Source: an uncultured Clostridia bacterium
Lineage (GTDB): Bacteria > Bacillota > Clostridia > Christensenellales > UBA1242
Reading direction: 5' to 3'
DNA: 64,000 bases
Assembly (NCBI GenBank): GCA_947626155.1
Contig: CANQRC010000001.1
Coordinates: forward strand, 1,799 to 65,798
In this document: positions 61,489-64,000 of the stretch, piece by piece
How positions within the stretch are numbered: the stretch's first letter is position 1
Layout of the letters: every line of letters starts with the position of its first letter
Notes under the pieces: model-generated
Told to the model about the DNA's origin: nothing
The model's database searches: none
Seen by the model: the letters and a program-made list of their open reading frames with translations, nothing else
Made by a program: the position numbers and the translations under genes

Positions 61489-62919
61489 ATGGAAATTGTA
61501 AAGGACATTTTGAGGATTGAACGCGAGATTGACACACGCTACAACTCAAACAAGTTGAATTTTTATAACAAAAAAGGCAAAAAGCACAAAAAACAAATTG
61601 CTTTTCACAAAAATAAGCACCGAAATCGCTGGGTTTTTGGAGGAAATCGGTCGGGCAAAACGGAATGTGGGGCGGTTGAGGTGGTTTATCTTGCCACGGG
61701 AACGCATCCTTATAAGAAAAACAAAGTCACAGAGGGTTGGGTGGTCAGCCTGTCGCGAAGTGTTCAGAGGGATGTGGCTCAGCGGAAGGTTTTGCAGTAT
61801 TTGCCAGAAAGTTCCATAGAAAAAATTGTCATGGTCAGCGGCGGACAGGACAGCGCCGAAAACGGGATTATTGATTTTATTCTTGTCAGGTCTCAGGCGG
61901 GCGGAACAAGCCGAATTGGCTTTAAAAGTTGTGACCAAGGCCGAGAGAAGTTTCAGGGCGCGTCGCTTGACTATGTTTGGTTTGACGAGGAGCCGCCTTT
62001 TGACATTTATCTTGAATGCAAAATGAGGGTCATGGACAGGCAGGGCGAAATTTTTGGCACAATGACGCCGCTGAAAGGCCTTACTTGGGTTTACAACACA
62101 ATTTATCTTAACGAAAAGCAGGACAAAGAGGTTTGGTTTGAGACAATGGAGTGGGCGGACAACCCGTTTCTTTCCAAAAAAGAGATTGAAAGCATGACAA
62201 AAACAATGTCCGCCGAGGAAATTGAGAGCAGGCGTTATGGCCACTTTATGCAAAACGGGGGAATGGTTTACAGCGAATTTGACGAAAACATTCATGTGAT
62301 TGACCCGTTTCCAATTCCCGAGGATTGGCAGGACAACATCTCCATTGACCCGGGGCTTCACAATCCACTTTCGGCACACTTTTATGCCGTTGATTTTGAC
62401 GGGAATGTGTATGTTGTGGCGGAGCATTATGCAAGCGGCCAAACGGTGGAATATCACTCGGCGAAGATAAAAGAAATTGCGGACAGGCTTCATTGGAAGA
62501 GAGATAGCCGCGGCTTTTTGCACGCGCTGATTGACAGCGCCGCCGGGCAGAGAACGCTTGCAAGCGAGAAAAATGTTGTTGAACTTTTTTATGACAATCA
62601 AATTTTGACAAATCCAAAAGTGAATAAAGACCTTTTTTCGGGAATTTCTGTTGTGAAATCCTATTTGAAAACTGCTGACGGCAGGCACAGGCTTTTCATT
62701 TTTAGAAATTGCGTAAATCTTATAAGGGAAATAAAAAATTATTGGTGGGGAGATGATGATGTTCCGCTTAAAAAGGACGACCACTGCCTGGATGAACTTA
62801 GATATTATTTGATGACCAAGCCGCTAAACTTGGCTGCCTCCAAAAAAAATGAAATCCAAAAAGACAAGGAAAAAATGATAAAAAAACTAAAAAATCAAAA
62901 AAGTAAAATTATTTTATAA
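61489..62919 (+). CDS. Phage-type terminase large subunit
   Basis: Walker A FGGNRSGKTE, Walker B LDYVWFDEEP, a coupling motif GTMTP and RNase-H-like nuclease contexts (ISIDPG, DDHCLDELRY). GAGGAGGG RBS. Confidence 0.82.
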   Translation: MEIVKDILRIEREIDTRYNSNKLNFYNKKGKKHKKQIAFHKNKHRNRWVFGGNRSGKTECGAVEVVYLATGTHPYKKNKVTEGWVVSLSRSVQRDVAQRKVLQYLPESSIEKIVMVSGGQDSAENGIIDFILVRSQAGGTSRIGFKSCDQGREKFQGASLDYVWFDEEPPFDIYLECKMRVMDRQGEIFGTMTPLKGLTWVYNTIYLNEKQDKEVWFETMEWADNPFLSKKEIESMTKTMSAEEIESRRYGHFMQNGGMVYSEFDENIHVIDPFPIPEDWQDNISIDPGLHNPLSAHFYAVDFDGNVYVVAEHYASGQTVEYHSAKIKEIADRLHWKRDSRGFLHALIDSAAGQRTLASEKNVVELFYDNQILTNPKVNKDLFSGISVVKSYLKTADGRHRLFIFRNCVNLIREIKNYWWGDDDVPLKKDDHCLDELRYYLMTKPLNLAASKKNEIQKDKEKMIKKLKNQKSKIIL

Positions 62920-62972
62920 ATAATTTGCAAATATATTTGGAAAAATAATATTAAATTTGGTAAAATAACAAT

Positions 62973-64000
62973 ATGAAAAAGAAATTTGGTTTTGTTTTCC
63001 TAACTTTAATTTGTTTTTTGCTCGCCGGTCTTGGCGGGTTTTCTCAAAATGTGGCTTTTGCGGATGAGGTTGTTGCTGACGCAGAGGCGGGTCAGGAAGT
63101 TTCAATTGACACGCCAAGTTCTTTTGTAAATGCTATTAATAACTGGGCAACAAGCGGCGTTCAAAATGGAAGATATATTTTAAATTGTGATGTTGACTTC
63201 ACAAAAAAATATGACGCGCAGGGAAGGGTCTCAAATGATGCGGCTGCCACTTCTTTGCCAACGCTCACTTCCACTTTGGGAACTGCCGGGAAACCTTTCT
63301 GGGGCACTTTTGAGGGCAGAGGGCACACAATAACGGGGCTTACGATTGATTTGAGCGAACAAAACTTAGACAGCCAAAATCTGCCTTATCTTGGCCTATT
63401 TGGCTATGCTGAAAATGCCGCAATAAACAATCTCAGGCTCAGCGGAAACATCACCTTGAAAAATGATAAGGCAACCTCTTGCTTTGTGGGCGCGCTTGTG
63501 GGTTATGCAAAAAACACAACTATTAAAAATGTTGATGTTGAGGCAACAAATTTAAAATTTAATGACAACAATTTAACCAAAAATTCGACCGCTGGAATTT
63601 TGGCAGGTGAGATAGATTCCTCTTTGGCAGAGAATGTTATTTGCAGAACGGGAACGCTTGACCCATTTCAAATTTCTGCCACAAACAACAAAGAAATTGC
63701 TTTGGGATGCCTTGTTGGAAAATTAGTCGGCTCAAAAATTCATTCAAGCATTGTTCAGGCAAATCTCACCATAGAGGTTGCAGAAAATTTTGACGGAGAG
63801 TTTAAGTTTGGGGGTGTTGTTGGGCAAACAAATGACGGCTCAGCGGAGATTATTAACATTGCAGCCAACAACAATATCACATTCAACAACCACTCAAGCG
63901 CAACTGTTCATGCGGGCGAGGTTGTGGGCGAAATTTCTTCGCCAAGCCCAAATCAGGGTTACTTAAAAAACATTTCCTATATTCATTACACTGACAACAC
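62973..64000 (+). CDS. Secreted GLUG-motif / beta-helix surface protein (3' end outside window)
   Basis: Hand translation from ATG 62973 gives MKKKFGFVFLTLICFLLAGLGGFSQNVAFA (signal peptide). It continues GTFEGRGHTITGLTI, YLGLFGY, GALVGYA and FGGVVGQ repeats, and is open to the window edge. Confidence 0.7.
   Translation, partial: MKKKFGFVFLTLICFLLAGLGGFSQNVAFADEVVADAEAGQEVSIDTPSSFVNAINNWATSGVQNGRYILNCDVDFTKKYDAQGRVSNDAAATSLPTLTSTLGTAGKPFWGTFEGRGHTITGLTIDLSEQNLDSQNLPYLGLFGYAENAAINNLRLSGNITLKNDKATSCFVGALVGYAKNTTIKNVDVEATNLKFNDNNLTKNSTAGILAGEIDSSLAENVICRTGTLDPFQISATNNKEIALGCLVGKLVGSKIHSSIVQANLTIEVAENFDGEFKFGGVVGQTNDGSAEIINIAANNNITFNNHSSATVHAGEVVGEISSPSPNQGYLKNISYIHYTDN

Noticed and set aside
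61546-62784. A 412-aa ORF antisense to almost the whole terminase gene.
   Set aside because: It is exactly codon-aligned with the sense frame. Its length therefore only reflects the absence of TTA/CTA/TCA sense codons, which are rare throughout this window. It ends at the first sense TCA codon. It has no RBS or promoter, and its product is a hydrophobic/basic low-information sequence. A gap of this length is roughly what rare-codon statistics allow over about 19,000 codons.
58898-64000. A prophage or genomic island around the terminase.
   Set aside because: No integrase, portal, capsid or tail genes are present. There is no flanking tRNA or direct repeats, and no obvious compositional shift. 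Only the terminase itself is phage-like, and it is reported as an orphan instead.

Overview
This is an AT-rich, densely packed chromosomal segment that reads like core genome of a spore-forming Firmicute (Clostridia type). Almost all genes are on the + strand. Many operons are bounded by textbook sigma-A promoters (TTGACA-17-TGnTAnnAT) and stem-loop/T-tract terminators.

Recognisable genes:
- Translation and RNA: prfB with its programmed +1 frameshift, the t6A genes tsaD/tsaE/tsaB, a U32 peptidase, an unusually short AlaRS, RNase J, rpmF, rnc and tRNA-Ser(GGA).
- DNA and chromosome: rmuC, a type IIA topoisomerase pair that looks ParE/ParC-like rather than gyrase, smc, ftsY, rarA and greA.
- Envelope and sporulation: murG, a PdaB-like deacetylase, a PAP2 phosphatase, an MreB-like actin, a YlbJ-like protein and an intact pro-sigma-K gene.
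- Metabolism and other: an S8 peptidase, gpmI, DegV, pta-ackA, plsX, trxB, split TauE/SafE half-genes and a 56-aa 2x[4Fe-4S] ferredoxin that is missing from the ORF track.
- Less usual: a 1328-aa surface protein, a HIT-RNase HI fusion, a divergent DAC-like protein, a lone phage-type large terminase and a GLUG-like surface protein running off the right edge.

I saw no CRISPR array, rRNA, transposase or recognisable defence operon, so no claim of a defined new system can be made from sequence alone.

The most interesting leads:
- A co-directional cluster of apparently catalytically degenerate Ppx/GppA-like, HtrA-like and MreB-like proteins (32.8-36.5 kb).
- A GC-rich palindromic element with its own orphan terminator (40.7 kb).
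- A triple-hairpin, 28-bp-repeat leader in front of the short AlaRS.
- The HIT-RNase HI fusion.
- A DAC-fold protein with a degenerate RHR motif.
- An approximately 165-aa low-complexity N-terminal extension on the ParC-like subunit.
- An orphan terminase.
- A recurrent promoter geometry (-10 element, then 5-6 nt, then ATG, usually with no Shine-Dalgarno) at five genes, suggesting leaderless mRNAs.
- Strictly 10-bp-phased T-tracts in several intergenic regions.
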